From NCBI GenBank assembly GCA_026770705.1, contig JANJGN010000026.1:682001-746000 (forward strand): DNA of 64,000 bases. The letters are read 5' to 3'. Shown piece by piece: positions 11,781 to 25,600 of the stretch. The DNA comes from Isurus oxyrinchus (lineage: Eukaryota). The position numbers were made by a program, and so were the translations under genes. The notes below the pieces were generated by a model. That model was not told where the DNA came from. It did not search any database and worked only from the letters and a program-made list of their open reading frames with translations. Each line of letters opens with the position of its first letter. Within the stretch, counting starts at the first letter, position 1.

Positions 11781-13506
11781 TGAGGACGAAAAGCAATGGA
11801 CATTTGACAGGGACACTCAAAGTGACATTCCACGTTGGATCTTTTACCTTAAAATAATGTTTATGTGATACAGTTAAACGTGCCATGTTGGTTCATTTAA
11901 TTACAAGGAAACCGTTAGAAAATAACCTGAAACATTCCATTTTCTTTGCTGGAAGGATGATCGGAGCATTGCAGTGTTGAAATCAGCCCCTTTCAAACAC
12001 AGGGACTTTTTTTCTGTCAAATTGTTGCAAAATTCCTTCTCGTGGATAATCGGTTTGCTGTTTAGAGTTATTGAGATGGCTCGTTTTATTACACTCAGTC
12101 ATTATTATTTTTTTCATTTCCTCATTCCCTCTAAATATTTTCTTTTGCTGCCAAATGAGGAGAGAATATATAAACTAAAGGCTGCAATTCCGAAGGGGTT
12201 GCAGGAACAGAGAGACTTGTCCTTCTATCTGTGCAAATCATTGATGAGCGTGGGGAAACTGGAGACAATGGTTAAACAATGAGAACCAGGGCTGTACAAA
12301 CAGAGGCAGAGAGTTCCAAAACAAAGAGATTATGTTCAAACTTTATTCCAGTTTAGGTCAAATCAGTATTTTATAATGTGTCCATTTCTGGGCACCACAA
12401 CTCAGGAAGAATATGAAATCTTTCGAGAGAGTGCGGAAAGGAATTGTGAGAAACATTTCAGGGTTACGGGAATCAATTACGTAGGTAGATTCTGAAGGGA
12501 AGGGCTGCTCTCTTTGGATAAGAGGAAGTTGAAAGGAGATTTGTAAAGTGATTAAATCAGACACCCCAACAGGCAAGTAAGTGGTCACATCTGACAATCT
12601 GCATAAATGTTGCTCTTTCAGGGAATCAAAGGATATGTATAGTGGGCGGGGAGCTGGAGATGGAGGCGAAGGTCATGATCATAATGAATGGCCAGAGAGC
12701 CTTCAGGGATCGAGTGGCCTGCTGCTGCTCCGAATCTTTATGTTCTTATTTCCCTGACCAGAAGCAGAATTTTATTTTTTTAAAAACTATCCCCCCCCAC
12801 TCCCTCATTTTTGTTGGTAACCCTGTTATTGCAGTCAATGCACAGATAGTATAGAAGTATAAACTTTGAGTACCTCTGGGCCAGGCATATCATGGTAAAC
12901 TGATGCATTTCCGCACATTAGATTCTGCAAAACAATTGTTTGCTTAAACTCAAAATTCCAGCGGCGCTCCTTCCAAACTGGATGGTATTTTACTCTCTCT
13001 AAAACATTCCACTCTCCAAGTCAGAGAGTGAACTTGGTGTCAAATAATGCAGAACATCTACAAAGTTTTGTTCAGGGAACGCGTCCGCCCTTTGATCAGT
13101 CCTGGGAAAATTAATTTCGGGGCAAAACATTGGGTCATAAATAGAGGAAACTTTTAATCACGTTACATGAGTGGGAAAAGAATTCGGCACCTACAGGCCA
13201 CTAGACAGTGTTCGACCTCCACTATCAGTGCAAATAAAATAAAATATTCAGTCCCTGTCAGAGTAATTGATGAGCCGTGGAAACAATTGCAGAGAATATT
13301 ATTCAGAACATGATCCATGGAAGCCATAGGGATGAAAACAATAAGTCTAGTAGAGCACAGCATCATGTTATCTCAACCAGCAACAGGATAATAACAACAC
13401 AATCACATTTCAGTAAGTACTGGTTCACAGTTTTTAGCATTCTGCAGTGGTTGTCATCCGTGATTTCAACATGACAAATTAAACAACCATTCGCTTTTCT
13501 TTCCAG

Positions 13507-13827
13507 CTGATTGCCCTGAGCAAGACTTTTCTGTCAATATATTGAACCCTCCGTTTGAAGAGATATGGGTTCGAAAGACAGCGACCATTGCTTGTGAAAT
13601 CCTTTTCAGTGAGTTAGAAAACGTCAGCGTGTCCTGGCAAGTGGATGGGAGAATTCGAACGGAAGGAGTTGAGACCCAGAATCCTGAGTGGAGTGGAAGC
13701 AATTCGGCCATCGTGAGCAAACTGACGGTCACTGCGGCAGAGTGGGACAGTGGGGTGGAATATGTCTGTGTCGTAGAAGGAAGTGAATTACCAACACCAA
13801 AGAGACGCTCAACCAGGAAATTAAAGG
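13507..13827 (+). CDS. IgNAR: IgNAR constant domain C4 exon
   Basis: Acceptor cttttctttccag|CT and donor G|gtaagc at 13828. Translates ADCPEQDFSVNILNPPFEEIWVRKTATIACEI...SWQVDG...GVETQNPEWSGS...EWDSGVEYVCVVEGSELPTP. Retains the extra N-terminal Cys (D-C) used for the interchain disulfide in IgNAR. Confidence 0.95.
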
Positions 13828-14270
13828 GTAAGCAGGGATAACTCTCGTTCACGGGCTGATCCAATTGCCAATGGCCCCAAACGAAAATAAAAAGCAGGCC
13901 AACCGTTAAATGCTAGTATAATCAATGAAATACAGTCCCGGGTCCTACCAGTCACCATGTTGATGAAAACTATGGTAAAGAAAATGTAAGAAATGTGAAA
14001 CTGCTGCTCCCCCCACCCTCAACAGTGTCAGAATTTTTTAAAGTGCTTTCTCCAACTCTTTGGGAAAAAATCGGGCCACAAAGCAAACAATAAAAAGAAA
14101 AACTATTAATGACAGCCATTTGCAAGGAACAAGATCTTTAAACCTCAGAGATAGAAAATATTCCAAATTTCCAAATACATGGTATTTCTAAGAGAAGAAA
14201 ATGGTTAGTGAAGACCAAAACAATATACAGAGTCAGATTCAAACGTATTTGTATATTTCTCTCTTTACAG

Positions 14271-14653
14271 CTGGCACAATGATTAGTCCCAAAGTCTACA
14301 TTCTGCCTCCATCAGAGGACGAGATCGGCACTGAGAATACGGCAACACTGGTGTGTCTCGCCACCGGTTTTTATCCTGCTGAGATTTACATCGCTTGGAT
14401 GGCCAATGACACCCTTCTGGATTCAGGTCATCCGAGCCAACCGGAGAGCGAGAAGGGAAATGGTTCCAGCTTCTTAGCCAGCAGATTGAAACTCACCGTG
14501 GCCGAGTGGAACACTGGCACCACTTACTCCTGTTTAGTGGGCCACCCGTCCCTCGAGAAGAATTTAATCCGAAGTATTAATAAATCCCACGGTAAACCTT
14601 CTTTAGTTAATGCTTTGCTTGTCCTAACTGACAGTGTTAAATCATGTACATAA
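14271..14653 (+). CDS. IgNAR: IgNAR constant domain C5 exon plus secretory tailpiece
   Basis: Acceptor ttctctctttacag|CT. Translates AGTMISPKVYILPPSEDEIGTENTATLVCLATGFYPAEIYIAWMANDTLLDSG...YSCLVGHPSL...NKSH, then tailpiece GKPSLVNALLVLTDSVKSCT* with a penultimate Cys. Internal donor G|gtaaac at 14591/14592 for splicing to TM. Confidence 0.96.
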
Positions 14654-14896
14654 TCTGCCATGATTGACGAGGCCTTTCCTGTAGAAATGTCACTGCTGTG
14701 TGTTTCCTAATTATTTCATCATCGGAATCAGCAAATCTCCCAATCATCTGACCTCACAATCACCCTCCAGGGCTGCGAACAATTGTTCGCATTTTATACA
14801 AGTTGCCATATTATCAAAAATCTCATGAAGGGTTTAGTGACGCTATTTGATATACATAACAGGGTTGGTTTGTCTGTATGTGGCAGAACTGATTGC

Positions 14897-14952
14897 AATA
14901 AAAGCAAAATGAAAACTGGCTGCCTTGCCTATTCATGGTTTGTGTGTGTGTG
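14897..14952 (+). terminator. Secretory-form polyadenylation signal
   Basis: AATAAA at 14897-14902, ~245 nt after the stop, followed by a GT-rich downstream element (ggtttgtgtgtgtgtg, ~14937-14952). Confidence 0.8.
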
Positions 14953-17900
14953 ATCTCTTCGTGGTGATCATTAATAATTTGAAGCAAATGTATAACATAT
15001 ATATGCTCTAATATCCAAAATGTGCAACACGCCTTTAGAAATACCTGTGGTGCCTTCAAGCAGATTACACAAAGCATCAGCGTTCTTTCGCAGATCCTGT
15101 GATTTACTCTTTGGCAATGAGGTATTTACCCAGAGGGTGGATTGAATAAATTGGAGGAAGGTACGCTCAACCTATATAGTGACCAACATTCAACAAAACT
15201 GATGTTTGAAAGTTTTCACTCTGATAAATCAATTCTAGCCGGACAATCACCTACAATTGAGCGTCTTCTAGCTTCTGAGTATTTACTCGTCTTCTATATT
15301 TCAACCCGATGATGTCCCTCAACTGTATCATTCGAAATCGCAATTCTTTATCCCACTTAGCAGCTGAGAATGGGCTAACTCACTGGCCATTCTCTGCATT
15401 CTCCACTGCCTCTCACTTTTGCGCTACATGTCTGACAGTCAATACCAGTGAGTACAGGTTGTCTCCTCGAGGATCGCAAAGTTATTGCTTTTGAAGCCCG
15501 CCATACATTCCATTCCCACGCTTCTGCTTCCAAACAAAAATCATCGAAAATTCTTAACCAGTGGCCCAATTCAAGGCATGTCCCCAGTTAAGCGTCACTC
15601 TTGTGCTGGCTTCAAGTCAAATAACTACAAAGTTTGAAAATTCTTATCCCTGTTTTTAAATACCTGCATGGCTTCTCTCCTCGATCAACTGTTTCTTTTT
15701 ATAGTACTCATTCGGGTAGTTTTCGTGTCGCTGGCAAGGCCATGCTTCATCCCTAATTGTCCTAGAGAATATGGCAGCGACCATATTGAACCATTGCAAT
15801 CCACGTGGTGTATGACACGCACGATGCTGTAAGGGATTACAGGATTTTGACCCAGAAATAAAGATGGTGTGGAAATTGGAGGGGCTTTTTCAGATGGTGG
15901 TGTTCCCGTCCATCTGTTGTCCTATTCTTTCTAGATTGTAGTGGTTCTGCTTTTGGAAAGTGCTGTCAAAGTAGCGTTAGGGAGTGGCTGGAAGATCTCT
16001 TATAGATGGGTCACACTATTGGCACTGTGCGTCGGGAGTGAAGAGAAAAATGTTTAAAAAGTTTAACATGTTGACGACGAAGCGGAAAACTTTATCCTGT
16101 CTATAGCTCCAGTCAGCCTGCCCTCCCGGATCTCCAAGTGCCTCCAATTCAGATCTCGTGAGCATGGTCAATTTTCTTTCTTTTCTCCTAATTATTTCAT
16201 GTGATATCGCTGGCAACGCCAGCACTTGTTACCGAATTGCCCATGAGCTGATGTGTCTCGAAGCCATGGTGGAGGGCAGTTTAAAGTCAACGAAACTGGT
16301 GTGTCCTTGAGTCACACGTAGACCGGACCATGTAAGGGTGTCAGATTTCCTTCCATCAGAGATATTAGTTCAGCGCATCTGGTTTACAGCAGTCGGTGGT
16401 AGTTTTGCGGTCACCATTACTAAGGCGATTTATACAATTACTTGCTCACTGACATCACTGTTATGCCACCAGCTCCCCATGTCCACTTATAGAATATGGG
16501 ACGTCAGCTGCCCAAACACTAAGCTCTACAAATGCTTCGTTAAACCTGTGCGCTACTTCAACCTATCTCTGCTACTTCAAGAAGTGCATTAAAGCAATGT
16601 TATTTTACAAAGATTTGGTTACTTGACCTGATTGGATCTTACTTGACCAGGCATCAGGTGCTGTCTGATTTTGCTCCTATAAAGCACCTCGAGGCTTTTT
16701 CCCCAGGTTTATCGTGCTGCAAAACTGATGTTGATGTTGTTGTGCAATGAACGATCGATATGTATAATTTCCAAAGATCGCATTTGGAGATGAGCATTGA
16801 CTTTGAAATTATCCCCATATTTTTAATTTAATTACAGCGGATATCATTAACAGTTTGCTGGCTTTTGAATTAGAAGGTTGTGGGTTAATCTCCTTTCCAC
16901 AATTCTGGCACTTGATCGAGGCTCATATTGCAGTCGAACAGTGTGAAGGGTACTGAAGTCTCAGTGCTGCTGTTTTTCATTTGAGAGGCTTATTCTTGAC
17001 CCGATCCGACAGTTCAGGCACATGTTGAAGACTCCAAGGAGAACTGCATGAACAGTGATATCTTCCAGAGTCTGCTATCTCTATTATGTCCAAAAGCAGC
17101 ATTGTTTAGACTGGTTTCCTATTTGCTCCTTTTGTTTTCTTTAGGGGTGTTATTGAAGTTTAACTTCCTGCAGACTCAAAGACTAAAGTATTTAAATTAT
17201 TGAAAAATTATTATTATTTCCCTGTGAAGTATCTGGGAAATCCTAAATCAGTGAAAGGTGATCTACGAAGCAGGGTATGACTTTGTTGCCACCATCGTCA
17301 ACCTTGTTCAACTCATACAATTTAACACACAGCACACAATCTGTCCGTATGTACAATGTGAAGCGGACGCACCAAGAACTGATTTTTCAAAGAGAATCTC
17401 AATCTGCAGTAAATCAACTGGTAGCATTATTGTCGCCAATAGTTACCCTGTTTTTTCTTCCCCCTTGTTTACGTGCATCAGGCCGCTATTCATTGTGCCC
17501 TGTTGAAAAGCACACTAAAATTAAAGGCGCAGACTGGAGAGTTTGTTGGTAGGTCGCCTAACAAGGCAGTCCACAAACATCCTCACAATCTGAAAAAGAC
17601 CCGTTAAAGTTTTGATGGGCAAAACAAAAACATGTCAACCACGGATCATTGCACATTTCACTTCCTGGACAGTGCATTCTGGCATAACTTTCTGTTATAC
17701 TGGGTTTGCTAGGTGAGAAACATAGCAGGAGTACAATACTTCATCCATTGTTGATCTGAAATCTCAGCCATGTCATGGAAAAATGTATGCATGGTCATAT
17801 AGAGAATATTTGTCCAGATGAATGTCTTGATGTACCTGCCATGACTGACTGACCCAGATTCAGCAAATGTTGCTGAGTCTTTGAGCCTCCAATAGTTGGA

Positions 17901-19333
17901 GCTCCTCTTTTATGTGTTCTGGGATCTCTCCATGCTGGAAAACATCTCGCTGAGTGAAGGAAGTAATCTTCTAAAGGGACTGGCAGCTATATTTGTTGAA
18001 AGCTCATAGGGTGGCAGTTATCCAGGAAAACAGCTGGTCTTACTCTAGTACAGATATTTCTGTAGATCGCCACGCATCATCAGCTCATAGAGACGAAGGG
18101 CACATGGCCTGGTATAATTCAGGGTAGAGTAGGTATTGTAGGATCAAAACTCGCTTTTGAGTTGTAAAATTGGAAGGTCTTGTTTGGTTGTCTAGAAAAC
18201 GAGGCCTGTCAGTTCATTCAACTCTCATAGAGGGGGAGCCAGCATTTGATGAGAACTGTGAACTTGATAAAATATGACAATGTTTATTCTGTTGTCGTGC
18301 AGGTACTCATAAAATTACGATGCTTCTGCATTCACTTAAGCCACCTGCGCTCAAAACAAATCGAAATATCGGCCAGGAGATGTACCATAGGACAGCATAC
18401 AGAATTAGAGAGTTGATAGTAGTGACACATTCAGGGGATTGAGGGAATTGTTAACGTCCTTTTTAATCCAGCCGCTCACAGTTCTATACCACAGGGTAAC
18501 CATCCCTATGGGGTTACTGTGACATAATGCTGGAGCTGCCATAGGGAAATATATGAAACAATGTATTACAGAATTCACAGGACCTTAGTAACTGACTAAA
18601 CAGAGAATTGTAACCATAATATATTGCGATAGTCATAGCGAAGATGACGATACTGCAATGCTGATGTCATCAATAACAACATAATCTAATGACATTGGGT
18701 AAAGATAAACGCCACTGTTCAGATTATAATGTCAATATATATGCACGTTAACTGGTTTAAATACCGTGGAATCATTTGTTTGTACCAACGAGTGACCTTT
18801 GCTGTAAAATGTCAGTAACTTCTGAGAGGCGAACATAAACTGCGCCGATCAGGCACAGCTCAATCTTGAGCTAAAATCTGCATCCGCCCCCATTTTCCTG
18901 ATGATCTCTTAGGTTAGTTTAGCCTGTGAACTGCAAGCGATCAGAGCCTGAGTCCACCCTTCTATTCATAGAGGGGCCGAATTCACCTTCTAAATAGATT
19001 TTTGATTATTTTGGTTTTTTCGGCTGCTAAAAGAGTAAAAATAAACTTCAATCACATGTGATTGATCATCTCTCATGAAAAGGTGCAAATGATGCACACA
19101 TTATCATTTAAAATAGCTCCTCTCTCCTATGTGCCCTGTATGACCTCGATTGTTACCACTCAATAAGCATCCCTGTGTTTTCCTAAAGTTACTTGAATCA
19201 ACTTAAGGTCTTTTCATGTTCCGTTACTTTGACTTCCAATGCTGCATAGCCCTGCCAGCTGTCGCTTTTGTGTTATATGTGGTCTATGTTCAACCTGATC
19301 TCATTTATAACACACTCCGTTTATTTATTCTAG

Positions 19334-19491
19334 AACTCCCTCAAATAATGGAAGGTCTGAACGACCAATTGGTAGAGGAAGACGGATTAGAAAACTTCGA
19401 TGAGGATGTAGGCACTGCATCAACAGTAGTCGCTTTCGTCACTTTGTTCATTCTAAGTATGATATACAGCTCATACGTAACAGCCCTTAAG
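19334..19491 (+). CDS. IgNAR: IgNAR membrane exon TM1 (acidic spacer + transmembrane helix)
   Basis: Acceptor ttatttattctag|AA (phase 1) and donor AAG|gtaatg. Translates ELPQIMEGLNDQLVEEDGLENFDEDVGTASTVVAFVTLFILSMIYSSYVTALK, with the antigen-receptor TM pattern F..LF.LS..YS..VT. Confidence 0.92.
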
Positions 19492-19625
19492 GTAATGATG
19501 GCTCACAATAGTACCGTGAAATTGTGTAACTTTATTCAGAAGTTGAGTTATTCCTGAGATATAGCAAACGTATTGTTGTAGAACTAAATATTTCAATATA
19601 TGCATAATTTCAACCTTTCCCACAG

Positions 19626-19646
19626 CGTCAGGCTGAACTTCATTAG
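19626..19646 (+). CDS. IgNAR: IgNAR membrane exon TM2 coding part (cytoplasmic tail RQAELH*)
   Basis: Acceptor cctttcccacag| at the end of a 134-nt intron after TM1. Six codons then TAG. Acceptor and stop position are conserved in the second copy (RQVEFQ*). Confidence 0.7.
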   Translation, partial: RQAELH

Positions 19647-22600
19647 TCATTTCCAAAGGATTAATTGCCATATTTTATAAGCGTCCCTAGTATGAGCTTT
19701 GAGGAGAAGACTAAATGTGTAGAAATATTAGAGGCACATAAAGGAGGGTAATATATCAATAATGAAAAAAAAAAGATGCACCGTTCCGAGATTCTGGATC
19801 TTTAGGCCAATGATCTGGAAAAGTTGGTGATGTGATGGCAAATTCCGTGAAGCATTGAGCATATTTCTGAAGTCACGAGAACTTTTCTCTGAAGGAAAGG
19901 GGAACGTACAAGCAAAGCGTTTGCATGTAAACCTGGATCACTGTAAAGAGATGAAGAATGTATTGATTGCAGATTGATGAGAGATGGATCAATGTCAATA
20001 GATGAGAAAATCATTTATTATTATTGCTGGGAGGTGGAATACAGTGCCGGTTGAGGAAAGCACTAGCTCATAAGGCTGTGAAGTGAATCACTGTGAAGTG
20101 ATTAAGAAAGTGTAACCTATGAAATGATGGGAAATGGATCACTGTGGAGAAACAGGGAAAACAGTGACTATGGAAGGAGGTGGTGTGGCCATTGGAGAGA
20201 TGAAAACAAACATTGACTATGGAAGATTACCAAAATGGAACATTGTTAACAGGTGAGTAGGGAATTTACTACAGAAGAAGTGGAGAAAATGTTAGCTTTA
20301 AATCGATAAGCAAATGATAAAAGATGAAGGTTGGTTGGCACAAAAATCCACAATCATAGAAAAATAAACTTTAGATGTAGGATTCAATTGTAGCAAATGA
20401 AAACAGTTAAGGTTAGGATTAAACCGAAGTGGAAAGATTATGTCAAGAAGAATACAAAGGGAAATTTGACAGCTGGGTGCTCACCCTCCTCCGCTGTTCA
20501 TTCAGATTGTGGCTGGTCTGTGCTTTAGTGAATGAAGCACATCTTGCCTTCGTGTTTATTAATATTCCTAACTAACAAAAGTCTTTCACACGCAGTTGTA
20601 AGCATTTAACTTGGCATCCAACCTCAACATTTTTATTTCCATTTTGGCTGAGGGGAGATTGTTAGATTGTGTCCAGTCAATATGTAAAGAAGTGTTCCCT
20701 GGATTCGTCCCTGAAATAACTAACTCTACTTCTAAGGTTTTTTCCACGTTGTTGTCGTATGGTAGATTTTTGTTTTTAAATTATTACTATATTAACAGCC
20801 ATATAAATTAATTATTTCAGCAACTCAATTAGATCACTCTGTAATATTCATGGCAACACAAGCCGAATGTCAAGATCATGCTGGCATAATTTTAACCGTT
20901 TTATGACCGGTGTCATTCTGGTGAATCTCTGTTCCATCCCTTCATGCACTTCCTGATTTGGGCTTCCCAGAACTGAACACAGTAACAGGAGCTTTGTACA
21001 ACTGAGACAAGACATCTACCCTTTTATATTCCACCTACCCCATGGCCAGGGTTTGAGCCAACTCTCCATTTGCTTCTTTAATTATTTGTTTTCCTTTCCC
21101 ACTCACTTTGAGGATTTCCACAGTTGGAACGCTAATTATTCGAGATGGTCGATAATTATAATTGTCTCATTGTTAGAAAATAACAATCGTATATCTTCCT
21201 TAGTTTCAGACTAGATGACCTCACGTTTCCACAGGGCACTTTACCTATCATTGTGCAGAGCCTACCCCAATCCCCCATTGATTTAATTTTAGAAAGACCA
21301 TTCGCAACTTTCTACTCTTTGCTGTGCTGCTTAAATGAGCATTGTCAGCAAACTGAGGTGTCCGGCTCTCTATTCCGTCGTCTCAAACCGTTGACAGGCA
21401 TCGCAGAAAATGTACATCCCAATTCAGAGACCCTCCTTCCAGAGACAATTAGCCGACAATTGCAACACTGTCAGCTGTTCCATTATTTACGAAAATCTAC
21501 TCATGATCGTTTCTATTCTAACATCCTATGTTTACCAGTGCCTCCACATAACTAACTGTTTTATTTCTGGTGCCATTCCAGTATTTCTTATTGCTACTTT
21601 CGCTAAGCCTTTACATCCTGAAGGGTAGTGCTCAGAACTGGAGACAATACTGATCTATGGTTCCTGGAATATCCCCCAACACTGGAGAGAGGGGAGCAGA
21701 CGTGTCAGTCAATGGCATAATATTATCCTTTTCTGGACAGGATGCGTCATTGATAAGCTTCCATTCCCCTGTAACTAGACCCATATTAAAGCAAAACTGC
21801 AACGTTGTGTCCAGACTATTTGTACTTGTAATCCGTACTTCACTAATCCATTTTGGATGTATCTCATCCAGCTGGGTGAATTTTTAACTTTGCGCACCGG
21901 CAGAACATGAACTTCTTCCCTTGCATCTGTGCTTCTCCTCTCCGTTTTTTCTTTCCAGTGCCACCTCCTGAATGTGACATTTGCAGCATTATCTTCTTCC
22001 CTGAAGTCATATGCAAAGTATTAACTTAATGCCTAAGTCGCCCCCTCTGCCTCCAGAACAGAGTTCCCTTTCGCTTTTTATTCGATTCACCCTTATTTTG
22101 ACTAGACGTTTTCTCTTTACATGATTAGAACAGAGGTTTAGACTCACCTCTCTGTTACCTGATAATCTATTGTCAAATGCTCTTTGCCACTTTCATTTAA
22201 GCTCTTAACTCTCCCTTTGTGTGCTTTGTGTAACCAAACTATCACCACTCAGAGAGCCTCCTCTTTTTCACTTAGTGTTTTGCTTAAAGTCTTTCATTTC
22301 AATCCATCTGGACCACATCACCTTTCCATTCAGCGAACTTACTGCCACCTCCGTTGAATATTTTCACATATGATTATTCCTTCGAGGAACCCATATGCAC
22401 TTTAAATATAATGAGATTATCATTATTTCCCGTATTATCTCCAACTGCTACATGCTGCACTTAATTTCTTAGAGCTAGATACTCCACAGCTTCCTTCGTT
22501 GCTGGGATGTAAAACACAGTGACCATGAGAACTATCTTATCTACATTGCAGGAGTTCCTCCATGTCTTTTTGTTTGATACTGTTTCATTCAGCCTTGTAT

Positions 22601-25600
22601 AAGAAATGATGCCCCCTATCGCCACTACGCTGGATTTCTCGCAGATTTCTGTGATGTTCCTGTAGTTTTGCTCCTCCATTTGCTCCCCATTATGTTTTGG
22701 TCCAAAGTATACTCTTAGCACCTAATAGTTTTTCTGGTATTCATCAGTTCTACTGAAACAAATTCCGTTTTTGAACTCTTAAGTACACCAACACTTTCTT
22801 GTGCTTACATATTATATTTGATCAAAGTGCCACCCTTCCTCTTTTTTTCCTTCCTCATCTTTCCTGAAAACATTGTCGACATGATTACAAATTCTTCCCT
22901 CATTTCATCTAGGTCTCCGTTATTGCCTTTACAACATGATGCTATGTGGCCTCTAGTGTCTGCAGTCCAATGATGTTAATGAACATTTAGCAGGAATTGA
23001 CACACATGGACAGAATGTGATCTTCGATTGTTATGAAATTCGCCCTACCTTAGGCATCCTAACTCTGAGCTGTTCTTCAATCAAATCCAGTTTGTTTCTT
23101 TAAGCTCTCTGTGCAACTCTTCTCTGACATCTCGTTCTTCATCTGCTGTCTGAGGTGTGCCTTCTCTGCCATACTCATTTAAAGTCTCTGTCACTACATG
23201 GTTAACATTCCTGTGACGGCATTGATTCCAGTCCTCTTTGTGGGCAAAAAATCAACCTTGTACAGGTCCCAGCAACGCCTCAACTGACCCCAGTGGTCCC
23301 GTAATTTAAAGCATCTTCTGAACAGTTTCACCACCCGCTCATTAACCTAATTAATGTTGTTGCTTTTGCACTAACTGTCCTGTACCACTGGGACTAATCG
23401 AGAGATTGCCAACATGAAGGTTATGCTATTGGTGCTTAAACTACTTGTGTTGCACCTCAATCTTTTCCCTACCTACATTATTGGTTGAAACGTGGACTGT
23501 GACGTTTGGTTGTTCCCCTTCCCTTCCTAAAATCTCCTCCATCTACTCAGTGATGTAACTGACTTTGGCACTATTGAGGTAAAGCGAAACTCATGTTGCT
23601 GTTGGCAGAAGCGCCGGCCAATTCCCCGGACTATCGAGTTACCTAAGGAACTGCAATCCTCCACATTGTGATTCACCGAAGTGTTTCATTCTGGCCCATA
23701 GTGCCGTGGATGATAACGGGACAGCTCTAATCAAAGCCCTGCAATCCGATTTGAATATGTAACAATCCTGGAGGATTCCTGCACTGTGAGCATTTCCTTA
23801 ACCTATTGGATGGCCAACTACTTACTAACCTCCTGAACACTGGTTGGCAGGATGAAAACCTCCTGGGATTAATGCACTTCAGGAGATTCTTAGCCCCGCA
23901 GTAACTCCAACTGCTCCTCAATTAATATACACGAGTTGTTTGAGTTCCTTTGCACGTTACTCATGTTTATTATTTTATTCATGTTGGAAACATGATGGTT
24001 ATTTATGAATTTTGATCCGGGTAATTTTGATTTCCTCTACCGTGGGACCGTAAACGAAGTCCCGTTTCCTTCATCAGAGAGAAGCAAACGATCCTTTGAC
24101 ATTACTTCGAAGAAGGGTGGAGAGGTTCTCCCGAAACCCTGTGAAATATTTATCACTCAGTCAACATCATGAAAAGGAGATTATCTGGTCATTATCACAG
24201 TGAGCTTTCTGGTAGATTGTTGAGGGCAAATAGACTGCTACGATCCGTACATTACAAAACTGATTACAGCACAGGAAGATTTCACTGGCCAGACAGCGCA
24301 CTGGACGTTCTGTGGTGGTGAATAGCACTCCATAAATGCGATTCTTCCTTTTTTTAATTAATATTTCTCTCTCTAATCTAATATCATTTTCCAGCTTTCT
24401 GTCTATCTACTTATTGATCTACCATTTTTAATAAAGACTTATTCCCTGGATTGCACTTGGTTTTAGACCCCTATGTATAATCCAGTAGGAGAGCGACACA
24501 TTGATACAGAGTTGGAGACAACGGATATGTCTCAAGTTAAACAAGTTGTTAAAGTTCAAATTCTGAGCAATTACACGTTCAAGTGTGAACAATTATTTTG
24601 TTTCTCTCTCACACTTGATATGTTTCATCATCTCTCTGGTTTTCTATCTCTCTTTCCGACTAACCATCTCCCAACCTGTCATCTTTCTGTTTATATCTGT
24701 ATGTACTTAATAATATTCCTCTCATGTACGCAAACATGCACACACACACCAGAACATCTGTAGCATTGCACAGGGAGTATCGGGAGCAAGGATTGCTTTC
24801 ATATGTAGAAATCAAAGGATAATGAGAGCAAGGACATTATTCAGTTCACATTCCAAAGTCATTTTCTCAGTCCTTATTCCCCCCATAGAATTATAAATTC
24901 CTAACTGCACATTTGCAATGTAGATTGCGAACATTCGCTTATTAGGTAGTGATTACAAACAGAAACTAACAACAATGTTGTTTTCAGCATTCCCATCCTC
25001 TCTGACAATCGCAATCTTTAGTTCAACCAACTGCACTTCTCTCCTCCCAAAACTGCTGTAGGTTTAACCATTTAGCTAAAATATTCTTCATGTAACATCA
25101 ACGTATTTTCTAAATCTTATGTCATGATCCATGATATTAAAATGGAGAATGCAGATACTCACCTGGTGAGATTATACTGAAAAACAATTCACTGGAATTC
25201 GAAGGAACAGAGGAGAGCATATGAGATCACTGACAATACTAACAGAGAGGGTGCATTAGACTTTGAACAGGACATGGCAGTACAATAGAAAGCAGTTTAA
25301 TTTAGTCTTGCGGGTAAATGAATGACAATTTATGTGCACACAGAGACCAAGTGAGGACCTGTTTTTTTGTGCGTAGGGATGGTCAACGGAACTAATGCGG
25401 AAATGGGAAAGTTCTGAACAGATACACATGAATAAAAGAATTTGTTGTCCAGGTCAATATTTCATTGAAAGCTAGCAGGTGATCAAAATACTAATGGGAT
25501 GGTGTTTTTCTGGTCCAAACATATTGAGTAAGCAGCAATTAAAAAAAAAGACCATCGTTAAAATCTCATTTGGAATGCAATGTTCAGATCATAGGAACTG

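Noticed and set aside
8770-13864. Minus-strand ORFs 8770-9192, 9328-9579 and 13466-13864
   Set aside because: Antisense shadows of IgNAR exons with no independent evidence.
4952-14653. Assignment as IgM or IgW
   Set aside because: Five C domains plus specific motifs (LKVPLQEWS, LLRDP, ALEQD, GVETQNPEWSG, WMANDTLLDSG) match IgNAR.
20363-20368. AATAAA as the membrane-form polyA signal
   Set aside because: Conserved in copy B (38616) but lies in A-rich, repeat-like sequence without a clear GU-rich element; not supportable without 3' reads.
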